From an uncultured Oscillospiraceae bacterium (lineage in GTDB: Bacteria; Bacillota; Clostridia; Oscillospirales; Oscillospiraceae): a stretch of 64,000 bases of DNA. Both the position numbers and the translations under genes were made by a program. The notes beneath the pieces were generated by a model. It made no database searches. It worked only from the letters and a program-made list of their open reading frames with translations, and was not told where the DNA came from. This document shows positions 36,196 through 45,908 of the stretch, one piece after another. Position 1 is the first letter of the stretch, and every line of letters starts with the position of its first letter. Location of the stretch: positions 22,372 through 86,371 of the forward strand of contig CAKTEB010000001.1 of the NCBI GenBank assembly GCA_934546685.1. Reading direction: 5' to 3'.

Positions 36196-37488
36196 TTATG
36201 CCAGGGTCCCCACCAGGCCCTGGGGCTCCCAGCCCTCCATGGTCACGTCTCTGATCTGATTGTGGAGATCCTCCTGGGATTCCACCGCCGCAAGAATATA
36301 GTTGGCGGTGTGGCCTGTCCAGCGGCCCTGGCTGTCCTTTTGCTCAAAGAGCACCGGCATAGTCCTTCCCAGGAAGCTCCGCTGATAATTTTCCCGCAGC
36401 GCTGCCTCTACCTGGGCAGCACGGGCGGCCCGTTGCTCCTTCTCCGCCTGGGGGATCTGTCCGGGCATCTCCGCCGCCGGAGTTCCGGTACGCCGGGAAT
36501 AGGGGAAGATGTGCATGGCGGAAAAGTCCGCGGTTTTTAAGAATTCCAGAGTCGCGGAGAACTCCTCCTCCGTCTCCTGGGGGAAGCCCACGATCAGATC
36601 CGTGGTGATGGCGCAGTCTGGGAAGCTCTCCCGCAGCAGGCGGCAGCTCTCTAGATACCGCTCCGTGGAGTATTTCCGCCGCATCCGCTGAAGGGTAGCG
36701 TCGCAGCCGCTTTGCAGGGAGAGGTGGAACTGGGGGCAAAGATTTTCGCAGTCCTTCAGAGCCGAGCAGAAATCGGGATCCACTGTCCGGGGCTCCAGGG
36801 ATCCCAGCCGCACCCGCATATCCGGCACCGCCTGGCAAATGGCCCGGATCAGATCCTGGGGCTTCTGCCCATTCTTAAAGTCCGCACCCCAGGATGAGAT
36901 CTCAATGCCCGTGACCACCACCTCCCGGTAGCCCTGCTCCCGGAGTTCCAGCACCTGCTTCACCGCGGTATCCAGGGGCAGGGAGCGGATGGCACCCCGA
37001 GCGTAGGGAATGATGCAGTAGGTGCAGAAATTCACGCAGCCATCCTCCACCTTCAGCATGGCCCTTGTCCGCTCTCCCAGGCCGCCGGGCTCCAGCACCT
37101 CAAATTCCTTCCGGCGGAAGGCGTTGTCCACCTGAACAGAATGCCGGTGATCCTGGCGGAACTGCTCCATCCGCTGGATGAAGGCTCCCCGGTCTCCGGT
37201 TCCGCCCACTACGTCCACCTCCAGCTTCTCCATATCCTCCGGGTGAACCTGGGCATAACAGCCGCAGACGCCGATCACCGCCTCCGGATTCAGCTTTCTG
37301 GCCCGGCGCAGGGCGTTTCTGGATTTTTTATCGCTGACCGCCGTTACCGTACAGGTATTGACAATATAAAAATCACAGGGCTCGTCAAATCTGCCCTGGG
37401 TATAGCCCCGGGCGGTGAGCTCCTTTTCCAGGGCCTGCGATTCGTATTGATTGACCTTGCAGCCCAGGGTGTAGATAGCAAACTTCAT
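36196..37488 (-). CDS. mtaB: tRNA (t6A37) methylthiotransferase, radical SAM MiaB/RimO family
   Basis: N-terminal YTLGCKVNQYES, radical SAM CVNFCTYC, and a C-terminal TRAM-like region. 430 aa. Confidence 0.88.
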   Translation of the reverse strand: MKFAIYTLGCKVNQYESQALEKELTARGYTQGRFDEPCDFYIVNTCTVTAVSDKKSRNALRRARKLNPEAVIGVCGCYAQVHPEDMEKLEVDVVGGTGDRGAFIQRMEQFRQDHRHSVQVDNAFRRKEFEVLEPGGLGERTRAMLKVEDGCVNFCTYCIIPYARGAIRSLPLDTAVKQVLELREQGYREVVVTGIEISSWGADFKNGQKPQDLIRAICQAVPDMRVRLGSLEPRTVDPDFCSALKDCENLCPQFHLSLQSGCDATLQRMRRKYSTERYLESCRLLRESFPDCAITTDLIVGFPQETEEEFSATLEFLKTADFSAMHIFPYSRRTGTPAAEMPGQIPQAEKEQRAARAAQVEAALRENYQRSFLGRTMPVLFEQKDSQGRWTGHTANYILAAVESQEDLHNQIRDVTMEGWEPQGLVGTLA

Positions 37489-37637
37489 GGCGATTCACCT
37501 TTGCATGTTTCTAAATTTGTGGTATACTGGTTCCGTATTTCAGAGCGTATGCCGATGATGCGCACCGAAAGGGCGTATCGTTTTTATTATATCGGATATT
37601 AAGATAGAAGTACATAGTGAATTTAGGAGGTCTTTCT

Positions 37638-37889
37638 ATGACAGAGTTTTATGTGTCGCTCCATTCCATTAAGGATGCCCAGGAGTTCGTCTCTGCCGCC
37701 AGCATGATCCCGGTGGATATCGACGTGATCTCGGGCCGCTATACCATCGACGCCAAAAGCCTTTTAGGCCTGTTCAGCCTGCCCCCGGATGTACCGGTGC
37801 TGATCCGGGTCTACGGCACCCCCGAGGACGGGCAGCAGTTCCGTTCCCAAGTAGAAGCACTGGTGACAGAGCCCCCCAAGGAGGTCTAA
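37638..37889 (+). CDS. HPr-like small protein (divergent phosphocarrier fold)
   Basis: 83 aa. RBS AGGAGG. LHSIKDAQEFV aligns to the HPr His15 region and DAKSLLGLFSL to the Ser46 region, but the canonical H-A-R-P is absent. Confidence 0.6.
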   Translation: MTEFYVSLHSIKDAQEFVSAASMIPVDIDVISGRYTIDAKSLLGLFSLPPDVPVLIRVYGTPEDGQQFRSQVEALVTEPPKEV

Positions 37890-38257
37890 AGGCTCAAAAG
37901 GATTCTCAGTTCCCGGTCCGTAAGGAGCCGCCCATGCCATGGGGCAAGCTGGGCCTCAGAAGGGGAGAGTATCCTTCCGCCGCACCGGACGGAGGCATAT
38001 TCTCCATAGCCCGAAGCCGCCAAAAAGCGCAGGAATACCGCGCCGTCTTCTTCCTCCGCCGGTATCTCCCCGCCCTGGTCGTTAAGGCACAGGAATTCCG
38101 GGAGATCTCCCGGGCAGACGGGGCCCAGCAGGATCCGATCCACATCCAGCGTCAGGCTCCGGCACAGGGCCAGCCCCCGCTCAAGGGGCCGTGGCATGCT
38201 GCCGCCGGTATCCAGGATCAGGATGGGATACTCCCGCACCCATCGCCACAGCTTCAC
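37886..38257 (-). CDS. Hypothetical protein (123 aa)
   Basis: GTG start at 38257 preceded by AAGGGGGA with a 6-nt spacer. No motif recognised. Its 3' end overlaps the HPr-like gene stop by 4 nt (convergent). Confidence 0.45.
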   Translation of the reverse strand: MKLWRWVREYPILILDTGGSMPRPLERGLALCRSLTLDVDRILLGPVCPGDLPEFLCLNDQGGEIPAEEEDGAVFLRFLAASGYGEYASVRCGGRILSPSEAQLAPWHGRLLTDRELRILLSL

Positions 38258-38338
38258 AGCGCTTCCCCCTTTCCTTTTATTCCATACTATGCTATACTGT
38301 TCCTATCTCATTCTACAGTAGATAAAGGAGAATGTTCC

Positions 38339-39355
38339 ATGTCTGTTCTGCTTACAGGCGGAGCCGGATTCATCGGCTCCCATACGGCGGTGGAGATGAT
38401 CCACGCCGGATATGAGGTCGTCATTGCCGATGATCTCTCCAACGCCAGCCCCAAGGTCTTAGACCGTATCGAGACCATCACCGGGGTCAAGCCCAAGTTC
38501 TATACCATCGATGTGGCGGACAAGGCCGCCATGCGTCAGCTGTTTCAGGAGAACCAGATCGACGCAGTGATCCACTTCGCCGGCTATAAATGCGTCCCTG
38601 AGAGCACCAAGCTCCCCATCAAATACTATCGGAACAACCTGGACACCGCTCTGACCACCCTGGAGGTCATGGAGGAGTTCGGCTGCAAGGCCATCGTATT
38701 CTCCTCCTCCGCCACGGTCTACGGCGAGAAGAACGTGGCCCCCTTCACCGAGGATATGCCCACCGGCATAGCCACCAACCCCTACGGAACCACCAAGCTG
38801 ATGATCGAGCAGATCCTCACGGATGCCTGCAAGGCTGACGACAAGCTCTCCGCTGTGCTGCTCCGGTACTTCAACCCCATCGGCGCCCATCCCTCGGGCC
38901 TCATGGGTGAGGCTCCCAACGGCATTCCCAACAACCTGATGCCCTACATCACCCAGGTGGCCATCGGCCAGCGGGACCATCTGTCCGTGTACGGCAGCGA
39001 CTACCCCACCCCCGACGGCACCGGCGTCCGGGACTATATCCATGTGGTGGACCTGGCCCTGGGCCATGTAAAGGCCGTGGATTATGCCATGAAGCACACC
39101 GGCGCGGAGCCCATCAATCTGGGCACCGGCAAGGGCAGCAGCGTTCTGGACGTGGTGCATGCCTTTGAGGCCGCCAGCGGCGTGAAGATCCCCCTGGAGA
39201 TCACCGACCGCCGCCCCGGCGATATCGCCACCTGCTACGCAGGCGCCCAAAAGGCCAAGGAGCTGCTGGGCTGGGAGGCCAAATATAACCTCTCCGATAT
39301 GTGCGCCCACTCCTGGAACTGGCAGAAGAACAACCCCAAGGGGTACGACGACTAA
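38339..39355 (+). CDS. galE: UDP-glucose 4-epimerase
   Basis: LLTGGAGFIGSH Rossmann motif, catalytic YGTTK, and 338 aa. RBS AAAGGAG. Confidence 0.92.
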   Translation: MSVLLTGGAGFIGSHTAVEMIHAGYEVVIADDLSNASPKVLDRIETITGVKPKFYTIDVADKAAMRQLFQENQIDAVIHFAGYKCVPESTKLPIKYYRNNLDTALTTLEVMEEFGCKAIVFSSSATVYGEKNVAPFTEDMPTGIATNPYGTTKLMIEQILTDACKADDKLSAVLLRYFNPIGAHPSGLMGEAPNGIPNNLMPYITQVAIGQRDHLSVYGSDYPTPDGTGVRDYIHVVDLALGHVKAVDYAMKHTGAEPINLGTGKGSSVLDVVHAFEAASGVKIPLEITDRRPGDIATCYAGAQKAKELLGWEAKYNLSDMCAHSWNWQKNNPKGYDD

Positions 39356-39367
39356 TTTAGAAAACGC

Positions 39368-39406
39368 GCTCCGCCTGAACCGATTTGGTTCGGGCGGAGC
39401 TTTGTT
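39368..39406. terminator. Bidirectional terminator between galE and ene-reductase paralogue 2
   Basis: Stem gctccgcctgaacc / ggttcgggcggagc (one G-U pair), followed by TTTGTT. An A-run lies on the other side. Confidence 0.7.
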
Positions 39407-39413
39407 CTATATG

Positions 39414-41528
39414 TCACAGATTGCAGGCCGCGGTATAGCCGGTAAACATGGCATGGCGGATGGTTCCATGGGTGGTCTGGCCATCCGCTTTATTTGCGCC
39501 GTCGCCGCCGGGGCCGCCCTGGAGTGTCTCAAAGGACAGGAGGTTCGCGTCTCCCGCCACATAGAACTCCGGGGTTCTTCCGGCAAAGGCATAGCATTCC
39601 TCCACCAGGCCATCTCGGCCAGCGGAGACCACAACGCTGTCAAAGGCCAGCGTGCCCCGCTCAGTTCTGGGGGGCTCCTTGGGCGCTTCGGGCATCCTAG
39701 CGGGGCCAGGCATGGGCGGCATATCGTCGGGATTGCCCATGGGCATCATGGGCTCCGGCGCACCGTAGGTGATCGTGTAGTTCAGGGTGCCGTTTTCAAT
39801 GGAATCTGTCTGACAGTTCGTGAGGATCGTCAGGTTCTCCCGGCCCTTGAGGATCTCCTCAAAGGCCCCCTTGCTGTGGGCGTTGTAGTCGTGAGCCGCC
39901 TGACGGTTTCGGGTCAGCAGCGTCACGGTATGGCCGTGATCCAAAAGATAAAAGGCCGTGTCCACAGCGGTCATAGCACCGCCAACAACGGCAACATGCT
40001 TCCCCAGCTCGGCCTCATGGCCGAACACATCCATAGGCGTCCAAACCTTGACGCTCTCCGCCACCGGCATAGGCGCTGCCTTGGGCCGTGCGCCGCAGGC
40101 GGCGATCACCGCGTCAAAGTCCTCCAGCATCTCAGGCTCTGCTTTTGTCCCCAGCCTCACCTGCACCGTGGACTTCTCCAGCTGCCGGATCAGGTATTCC
40201 TTAAAGTCATGGAGGGACCATTTGCAGGGAAGGTAGTCCGCATGCCGCAGCTGGCCGCCCAGGGAAGCAGACTGTTCAAACAGCGTGACCTGATGGCCTC
40301 GCTGGGCCGCGGTAATGGCCGCCTCCATGCCTGCCGGTCCGCCGCCGATGACGGCCACCCGCTTCTCGGCTCTGGGTGCCGAGAACATATGGTCCCAGAC
40401 CTCCTGCAAGCCGATCTTAGGATTCACCGCACAGTAGGCCTGATGGCAGTTGTCGCAGTGGATGCAGGGCCGCACATCCTCGCCCCGGCCCTCCAGCAGC
40501 TTCACACCGTACTCCTCGTCGCAGATAAAGGCCCGGGCCATGGCCACCAGATCCGTCTTTCCTTCTGCAATAAACCGCTCAATGAGATCAAGATCCTGGA
40601 AACCGCCCACGGGGGCGCAGAGGCCCCTGATCCCAGCCGCCTTAAAGGCCGCGGCGTACTCCAGATTGGTGGGATTCTCCTTGGGTGAGGTATAGTGGCT
40701 GGCGTGGGTCATATCGCCGGTCCAGGCCCGGATCTGGAAAATGTCCACCAGGCCCTCGCAGAGCTTACAGTACCGAAGGAAATCCTCCTTGGTATAGCCT
40801 CCCTCTGGGAACTCCCGACCAGAGATCTGGATCTCAATGGGGAAATCCTGGCCGCAGACCTTCTTGATCTCCCGAAACAGCTCCAGGGTCAGACGGGCCC
40901 GGTTCTCGAAGCTGCCGCCATACTCGTCCTTCCGCTGGTTGAACACCGGGGACAGGGATTTTGCCAGAATAGAGGCATCATAGCTCATGTAGATGTTCAC
41001 CATATCGAAGCCAATGGCCTGAAGCTGCTGACATCGGCGAGCAAAGCGCTCGATAAACTGCCGAATCTCCTCCCTGGTCATACCGGGCAGCGGCTTGCCG
41101 TCCCGGCCCAGGATGCACTCTGGGCCGCCCCGGAGCACAGAGTCTGGGATCACAGACATATCGTAGATATCCGAAATGGCCTTGTCGGCCGGCACATAGA
41201 TCATAGTGGAGGCCGAGGCCACGGAGCCATGGGCGTGGATCCGGTCGATCATCCGCCGGAAGCAGCGCTTCACATGCCGATCCTCCATATTGAAGTCGCT
41301 GGTAAACATCTGATGGGGATCGCAGTCCCGGAACATGCCCGGGGCGCATGTAACGATGGCCGCGCCGTTCTTCGCCAAAGAAGCCGCGAAGTTGATGGTC
41401 TGCTCTGTGGGCCAGGTCTGTGGGCCCTGTATTCCCTCTGGAATGCACTTGGAGTTGATGAGCCGATTCTTCAGCACCAGATTCCCCACTCGGATGGGTG
41501 AGAGAATGTGGGCGTAACGATGATCCAT
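39414..41528 (-). CDS. FMN/FAD-dependent oxidoreductase (OYE-like + Cys4 + FAD/NAD(P) domain), paralogue 2
   Basis: 704 aa. N-terminus MDHRYAHILSPIRVGN. Motifs QRKDEYGGSFENRARL, CIHCDNCHQAYC-AVNP, VAVIGGGPAGM and VAVVGGAMTAVD. Confidence 0.85.
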   Translation of the reverse strand: MDHRYAHILSPIRVGNLVLKNRLINSKCIPEGIQGPQTWPTEQTINFAASLAKNGAAIVTCAPGMFRDCDPHQMFTSDFNMEDRHVKRCFRRMIDRIHAHGSVASASTMIYVPADKAISDIYDMSVIPDSVLRGGPECILGRDGKPLPGMTREEIRQFIERFARRCQQLQAIGFDMVNIYMSYDASILAKSLSPVFNQRKDEYGGSFENRARLTLELFREIKKVCGQDFPIEIQISGREFPEGGYTKEDFLRYCKLCEGLVDIFQIRAWTGDMTHASHYTSPKENPTNLEYAAAFKAAGIRGLCAPVGGFQDLDLIERFIAEGKTDLVAMARAFICDEEYGVKLLEGRGEDVRPCIHCDNCHQAYCAVNPKIGLQEVWDHMFSAPRAEKRVAVIGGGPAGMEAAITAAQRGHQVTLFEQSASLGGQLRHADYLPCKWSLHDFKEYLIRQLEKSTVQVRLGTKAEPEMLEDFDAVIAACGARPKAAPMPVAESVKVWTPMDVFGHEAELGKHVAVVGGAMTAVDTAFYLLDHGHTVTLLTRNRQAAHDYNAHSKGAFEEILKGRENLTILTNCQTDSIENGTLNYTITYGAPEPMMPMGNPDDMPPMPGPARMPEAPKEPPRTERGTLAFDSVVVSAGRDGLVEECYAFAGRTPEFYVAGDANLLSFETLQGGPGGDGANKADGQTTHGTIRHAMFTGYTAACNL

Positions 41529-41725
41529 AATGATTCCTTCCCTTCTTGCGAATTCTAACGAGTTATAATGAAATCATACTGCCTTTTTTGCCCCGGTGCA
41601 ACGGGACAAATGTGCCGCCCCCCCATCGGTTTGTATCCCATTTTTCCGAAAACCCGTCAAGAAGCGGTGCATTTTCCCGCGGGATATGCTATACTGGTGG
41701 TAATAACGAAGCCGGAGGGAACAGC

Positions 41726-43129
41726 ATGGACGATAAGCAAGAAAAAAAAGACGGTCTGTTTGAGATCCATCGGGAGAATATCTACTTCCGCTGGGGCCTC
41801 ACGGCGTTTATCGTGGTGGTAGCCTGCGTCGTTGCCGCCCAGTTCATTACGAAAATGCCCGCGTTCTTCGGTTATGTAAAAGCGTTTTTAGGCACCCTTT
41901 CCCCGGTGCTCTATGGCCTGGGCATCGCCTATCTGCTCCATCCCATTGAGGATCGGATTCGCAAGCTGCTGGAGCCCCAGCTCCAAAAGGTACTCTCACC
42001 CAAAAAGGCCTCGGGCATGGCCAAGGGCATCGGCATCTTCGCCTCCCTGGTCTTCGCGTCGCTGGTGATCTGGGCGCTCATCGCCATGGTGCTGCCTCAG
42101 CTGTTGGAGAGCGTCACCACCATCATCGGAAACTTCCCCTCCTACTACAACACCCTCAGCAAATGGGTCCAGGAGTTCATCAACGGCAGCATTGCCGAGG
42201 ACGTGACCCAGGAGATCATGGATCAGGTCTACGCCTATCTCCAGGGCTTCCTCACCGGTACGGTGCTGCCTAAGGTGCAGACCCTGCTCACCAGTCTCAC
42301 CACCGGGGTGGTGAATATCGCAAAATCCATGCTGAACCTGATCATCGGCATCATCATCTCCATCTATCTGCTCTCCGGCAAGGACAAGTTCCTGGCTCAG
42401 GCAAAAAAACTCTGCTACGCAGTGCTGGGGCAGAAAAAGGGCGGCTATGTGTGCAATGTCTGCACCTACGCCAACCGGGTCTTCGGCGGCTTCATCGGCG
42501 GCAAGATCATCGACTCCCTGATCATCGGCATTTTGTGCTTCATCGGCCTCCGGATCCTCAATATGCCCTACCCCATGCTGATCTCCATTATTGTGGGCGT
42601 CACCAATGTGATCCCCTTCTTTGGCCCCTATCTGGGCGCGATCCCCTCGGCGCTGCTGCTTTTGGTCATCGATCCCATGCAGTGCCTGTACTTCGTGATC
42701 TTCATCATTGTGCTCCAGCAGCTGGACGGCAATATCATCGGCCCCATGATCCTGGGCGACGCCACAGGCCTCGACAGCATCTGGGTGGTGGTATCCCTGC
42801 TGATCTTCGGCAGCCTGTTTGGCATTATCGGCATGGTCATCGCCGTGCCCCTGTTCGCTGTGATCTATAAAATCATCAAGGAATTCACCAATTTCCTGCT
42901 GAAAAAGCGGGAGCTGTCCACGGAGACCTGGGACTATAAAAAGTGGAACTATCCCCCCAGGACGGACTTCCAGAAGTGGAATCCCCCCAGCAAGCGCCAG
43001 AAAAAGAAGGCACAGCGGAAGCACCGTCGGACTCTGGCCCGTCAGGCCATGGAGGCCGCCCAGGCTTCTCAGGGAAACGCTCCCAAGCCGGAGGCGGAAG
43101 ACTCCCAGGAGGCGGAAAAGAAGGACTGA
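41726..43129 (+). CDS. AI-2E family transporter (PerM/YhhT-like)
   Basis: ATG at 41726 follows GGAGGGAA. It is polytopic, with a conserved block GVTNVIPFFGPYLGAIPSALLL and a basic, charged C-terminal tail. Confidence 0.85.
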   Translation: MDDKQEKKDGLFEIHRENIYFRWGLTAFIVVVACVVAAQFITKMPAFFGYVKAFLGTLSPVLYGLGIAYLLHPIEDRIRKLLEPQLQKVLSPKKASGMAKGIGIFASLVFASLVIWALIAMVLPQLLESVTTIIGNFPSYYNTLSKWVQEFINGSIAEDVTQEIMDQVYAYLQGFLTGTVLPKVQTLLTSLTTGVVNIAKSMLNLIIGIIISIYLLSGKDKFLAQAKKLCYAVLGQKKGGYVCNVCTYANRVFGGFIGGKIIDSLIIGILCFIGLRILNMPYPMLISIIVGVTNVIPFFGPYLGAIPSALLLLVIDPMQCLYFVIFIIVLQQLDGNIIGPMILGDATGLDSIWVVVSLLIFGSLFGIIGMVIAVPLFAVIYKIIKEFTNFLLKKRELSTETWDYKKWNYPPRTDFQKWNPPSKRQKKKAQRKHRRTLARQAMEAAQASQGNAPKPEAEDSQEAEKKD

Positions 43130-43237
43130 TTTCGGCGAATTTCCTGTTGAGATACCCGCGGCAATGTTGTATAATAGCGAATGACAGAAATCATCTGCCA
43201 TCCGTTATCCCAAATATTTTTTACGGAGGTAATTAAC

Positions 43238-44209
43238 ATGTTTGATACTCTGGTTGAAAAGCTGAAGAAGGATCCTAAGACCATCGTCTTCACCGAGGGC
43301 CCCGACGCCCGTATCCTGGAGGCCACTGCCCGCATCAAGGCTGAGGGCATCATGAAGGTCGTCCTGGTGGGCAACGTTGCCGAGGTCGAGGCTGCTGCCA
43401 AGAAGGGCGGCTTTGACATTGAGGGCGTGGAGATCATCGATCCCGAGACCTACGCCGAGATGGACGCCATGGTCGAGAAGATGGTCGAGCTCCGCAAGGG
43501 CAAGATGACCCCCGAGCAGTGCAAGGCAAACCTGCTCAAGGGCAACTACTTCGGCACCATGCTGGTAAAGATGGGCAAGGCCGACTGCCTGCTGGGCGGC
43601 GCCACCTACTCCACCGCTGATACCGTTCGTCCTGCTCTGCAGCTCATCAAGACCAAGCCCGGCAACTCCATCGTGTCCTCCTGCTTCATCATGGTTCGTG
43701 ATAAGGCCGACGGCACCCAGGAGAAGCTGGCCATGGGCGACTGCGCCATCAACATTCATCCCACTGAGGACAACCTGGTCGAGATCGCCCAGGAGACCGC
43801 AAAGTGCGCCGAGACCTTCGGCATCGACCCCAAGGTCGCTTTCCTGAGCTTCTCCACCAAGGGCTCCGCTAAGGACGATGAGGTCACCAAGGTTCAGAAC
43901 GCTGTTGCCAAGGCCAAGGAGGTCATGACCGTTCCCGTGGACGGCGAGATGCAGTTCGACGCTGCCGTTGCTCCCGAGGTTGGCCAGCTGAAGTTCCCCG
44001 GCTCTCCCGTTGCCGGTCAGGCCAACACCTTCATCTTCCCCGACGTTACCGCCGGCAACATCGGCTATAAGATCGCAGCTCGTCTGGGCGGCTTCGCTGC
44101 TTACGGCCCCATCCTGCTGGGCCTGAACGCTCCCATCAACGACCTGAGCCGCGGCTGCAACGCCGACGAGGTCTACAAGATGGCTATCATCACCGCTGGC
44201 CTGGCTTAA
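43238..44209 (+). CDS. pta: Phosphate acetyltransferase (short form)
   Basis: 323 aa. The sequence blocks DCLLGGATYSTADTVRPALQLIKT, CAINIHPT, FPDVTAGNIGYK and INDLSRGC match clostridial Pta. RBS GGAGG. Confidence 0.9.
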   Translation: MFDTLVEKLKKDPKTIVFTEGPDARILEATARIKAEGIMKVVLVGNVAEVEAAAKKGGFDIEGVEIIDPETYAEMDAMVEKMVELRKGKMTPEQCKANLLKGNYFGTMLVKMGKADCLLGGATYSTADTVRPALQLIKTKPGNSIVSSCFIMVRDKADGTQEKLAMGDCAINIHPTEDNLVEIAQETAKCAETFGIDPKVAFLSFSTKGSAKDDEVTKVQNAVAKAKEVMTVPVDGEMQFDAAVAPEVGQLKFPGSPVAGQANTFIFPDVTAGNIGYKIAARLGGFAAYGPILLGLNAPINDLSRGCNADEVYKMAIITAGLA

Positions 44210-44236
44210 TCGCCGACCGAAGGTTTTGTACATCCC

Positions 44237-44267
44237 CGGCCCTGCCGCATCTCCCGCGGCAGGGCCG
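44237..44267 (+). terminator. Hairpin terminator after pta
   Basis: 12-bp GC-rich stem cggccctgccgc / gcggcagggccg. The T-tract is poor. Confidence 0.45.
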
Positions 44268-44293
44268 TATTCGTCCCAACTGGAGGTTTATCC

Positions 44294-44764
44294 ATGGAGC
44301 ATCCCGATTCCTTTTCCGTCCGCGTCGAACATCTGACCCCCAGCGAGGTCATGCAGTCCATGCGCCGCATGATGCGGAAGACCTATCTGATCCTCTGGGC
44401 GGCGGTCTATGCCATCGTTCTGGCGGTGGCACTGGTGCGGCAGCACTTTTCCATCTTCACCTGGGTGTCCCCGGCGGTGATCCTGATCCTGCTGGCCGGG
44501 GCCTACGAGTTCTCCGGCCGGAAGAATTTTGGCCCCATGAAATACGGCGAGGCCGTGCTGGACTACACCTTCACCCCTCAGGGCTACAGCCTAACGGTGG
44601 GGGAGCAGACCGCCTCCTTTTCCTGGGCCCAAGCCAAGCTCCGCCGCACCCGCAGCGATTTTCTCCTGTATTCCGACAAGAATAACTGCTCGGTGCTGCC
44701 CAAGCGCTGCCTGACCCCTGAAGAAACCCAGGCGCTTCTTTCCTGGGCCAACCCCAAGGACTAA
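44294..44764 (+). CDS. YcxB-like membrane protein (two TM segments plus C-terminal domain)
   Basis: 156 aa. RBS GGAGG. Two central hydrophobic helices. Family assignment is tentative. Confidence 0.5.
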   Translation: MEHPDSFSVRVEHLTPSEVMQSMRRMMRKTYLILWAAVYAIVLAVALVRQHFSIFTWVSPAVILILLAGAYEFSGRKNFGPMKYGEAVLDYTFTPQGYSLTVGEQTASFSWAQAKLRRTRSDFLLYSDKNNCSVLPKRCLTPEETQALLSWANPKD

Positions 44765-44889
44765 TTTCCTACTTTTCTTGTATATTTTCTACAGTTTTTA
44801 TGACCCGGCTGGTGGAAAGATTGGATCCCAAGATCTCCGCCGCCGGGTTATAATATACCCATCATTTCCGCAGACAAAGGGGTATCGGC

Positions 44890-45576
44890 ATGGACAAGAA
44901 AACCATAGGAGCCGCCTTCCGGGCCAGCCTCCCGGTGATGGCCGGATATATCGTGCTGGGCATGGGCTTTGGGGTACTGCTCTCCGATAAGGGCTACAGC
45001 TGGATCTGGGCACTGCTCATGTCCGCCACCATCTATGCGGGCTCCATGCAGTACGCGGCCCTGGACCTGATCTCCGGAGGCGCCAGCCTCATCACCTGTG
45101 CCCTGATGACCCTGATGATCAACGCCCGACACTTCTTCTACGGGCTCAGCATGCTGGACAAATACGAGCACGCCGGCAGGAAAAAGCCCTATCTGATCTT
45201 CGCCCTCACCGACGAGACCTATTCTCTGGTTTGTTCTCCGGCCCCGGAGGGTCTGGACGCTGCCAGCTATTACTTCTGGATCTCTCTGCTGGACCAGATC
45301 TATTGGATCCTGGGCAGCGTCATCGGCGGTCTGCTGGGCCCCATTCTGCCCTTTGACTCCACGGGCATGGACTTCGCCATGACGGCGCTGTTTGTGGTGA
45401 TCTTTGTGGAGCAGTGGCTCTCGGCTCCCAGCCATATTCCCGCTCTGCTGGGCCTGGGCATCTCCCTGGGCTGCCTGCTGCTGCTGGGCCCCACCAATTT
45501 CGTTATTCCCTCCATGGTGCTCATCACCATTGCCCTGAGCGCCTGCCGGAGGCTGCTGGAGGTGCGCCCGGAATGA
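44890..45576 (+). CDS. azlC: AzlC family branched-chain amino acid exporter subunit
   Basis: 228 aa, polytopic. N-terminus FRASLPVMAGYIVLGMGFGVL. Followed by an overlapping azlD. Confidence 0.85.
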   Translation: MDKKTIGAAFRASLPVMAGYIVLGMGFGVLLSDKGYSWIWALLMSATIYAGSMQYAALDLISGGASLITCALMTLMINARHFFYGLSMLDKYEHAGRKKPYLIFALTDETYSLVCSPAPEGLDAASYYFWISLLDQIYWILGSVIGGLLGPILPFDSTGMDFAMTALFVVIFVEQWLSAPSHIPALLGLGISLGCLLLLGPTNFVIPSMVLITIALSACRRLLEVRPE

Positions 45577-45896
45577 AATACGCTCTGATCCAAGTGCTCA
45601 TCATGGCCGCGATCACCGCCCTTCTGCGGTTTCTGCCCTTCCTCATCTTTCCCGGCGGCAGAAAGCGGCCCCAGATCATCACCTATTTAGGCGGCGTACT
45701 GCCCTACGGCGTCATGGCCATGCTGGTGATCTACTGCCTCAAAAATGTATCCGTACTCGCCTGGCCCCATGGGCTCCCGGAGCTTCTGGCGATCTTGGCC
45801 GTGGTGGGCCTGCATCTGTGGAAAAAGAACACCCTGCTGAGCATCTTTGGAGGCACCGCCTTCTATATGCTCCTGGTACAGGTGGTATTCGCCTGA
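45573..45896 (+). CDS. azlD: AzlD family branched-chain amino acid exporter small subunit
   Basis: ATG at 45573 overlaps the azlC stop (ATGA). 107 aa. LRFLPFLIF motif. Confidence 0.75.
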   Translation: MKYALIQVLIMAAITALLRFLPFLIFPGGRKRPQIITYLGGVLPYGVMAMLVIYCLKNVSVLAWPHGLPELLAILAVVGLHLWKKNTLLSIFGGTAFYMLLVQVVFA

Positions 45897-45908
45897 GGAG
45901 GAACCATC

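Noticed and set aside
37934-38338. Upstream extension of the galE ORF (473 aa in the track). Similar extensions exist for 27870-28025, 41546-41725 and 43181-43237.
   Set aside because: The canonical N-termini (MSVLLTGGAGFIGSH, MPAFTKE.., MDDKQEK.., MFDTLVEKL..) each follow a strong AGGAG-type RBS. The extensions overlap other genes or intergenic signals.
44765-44889. 17-codon ORF (MTRLVERLDPKISAAGL) and an acccggc/gccgggt inverted repeat upstream of azlC as a leader-peptide attenuator
   Set aside because: There is no RBS before the ATG, no run of regulatory codons, and no terminator/antiterminator alternative that I could draw. It is probably chance.
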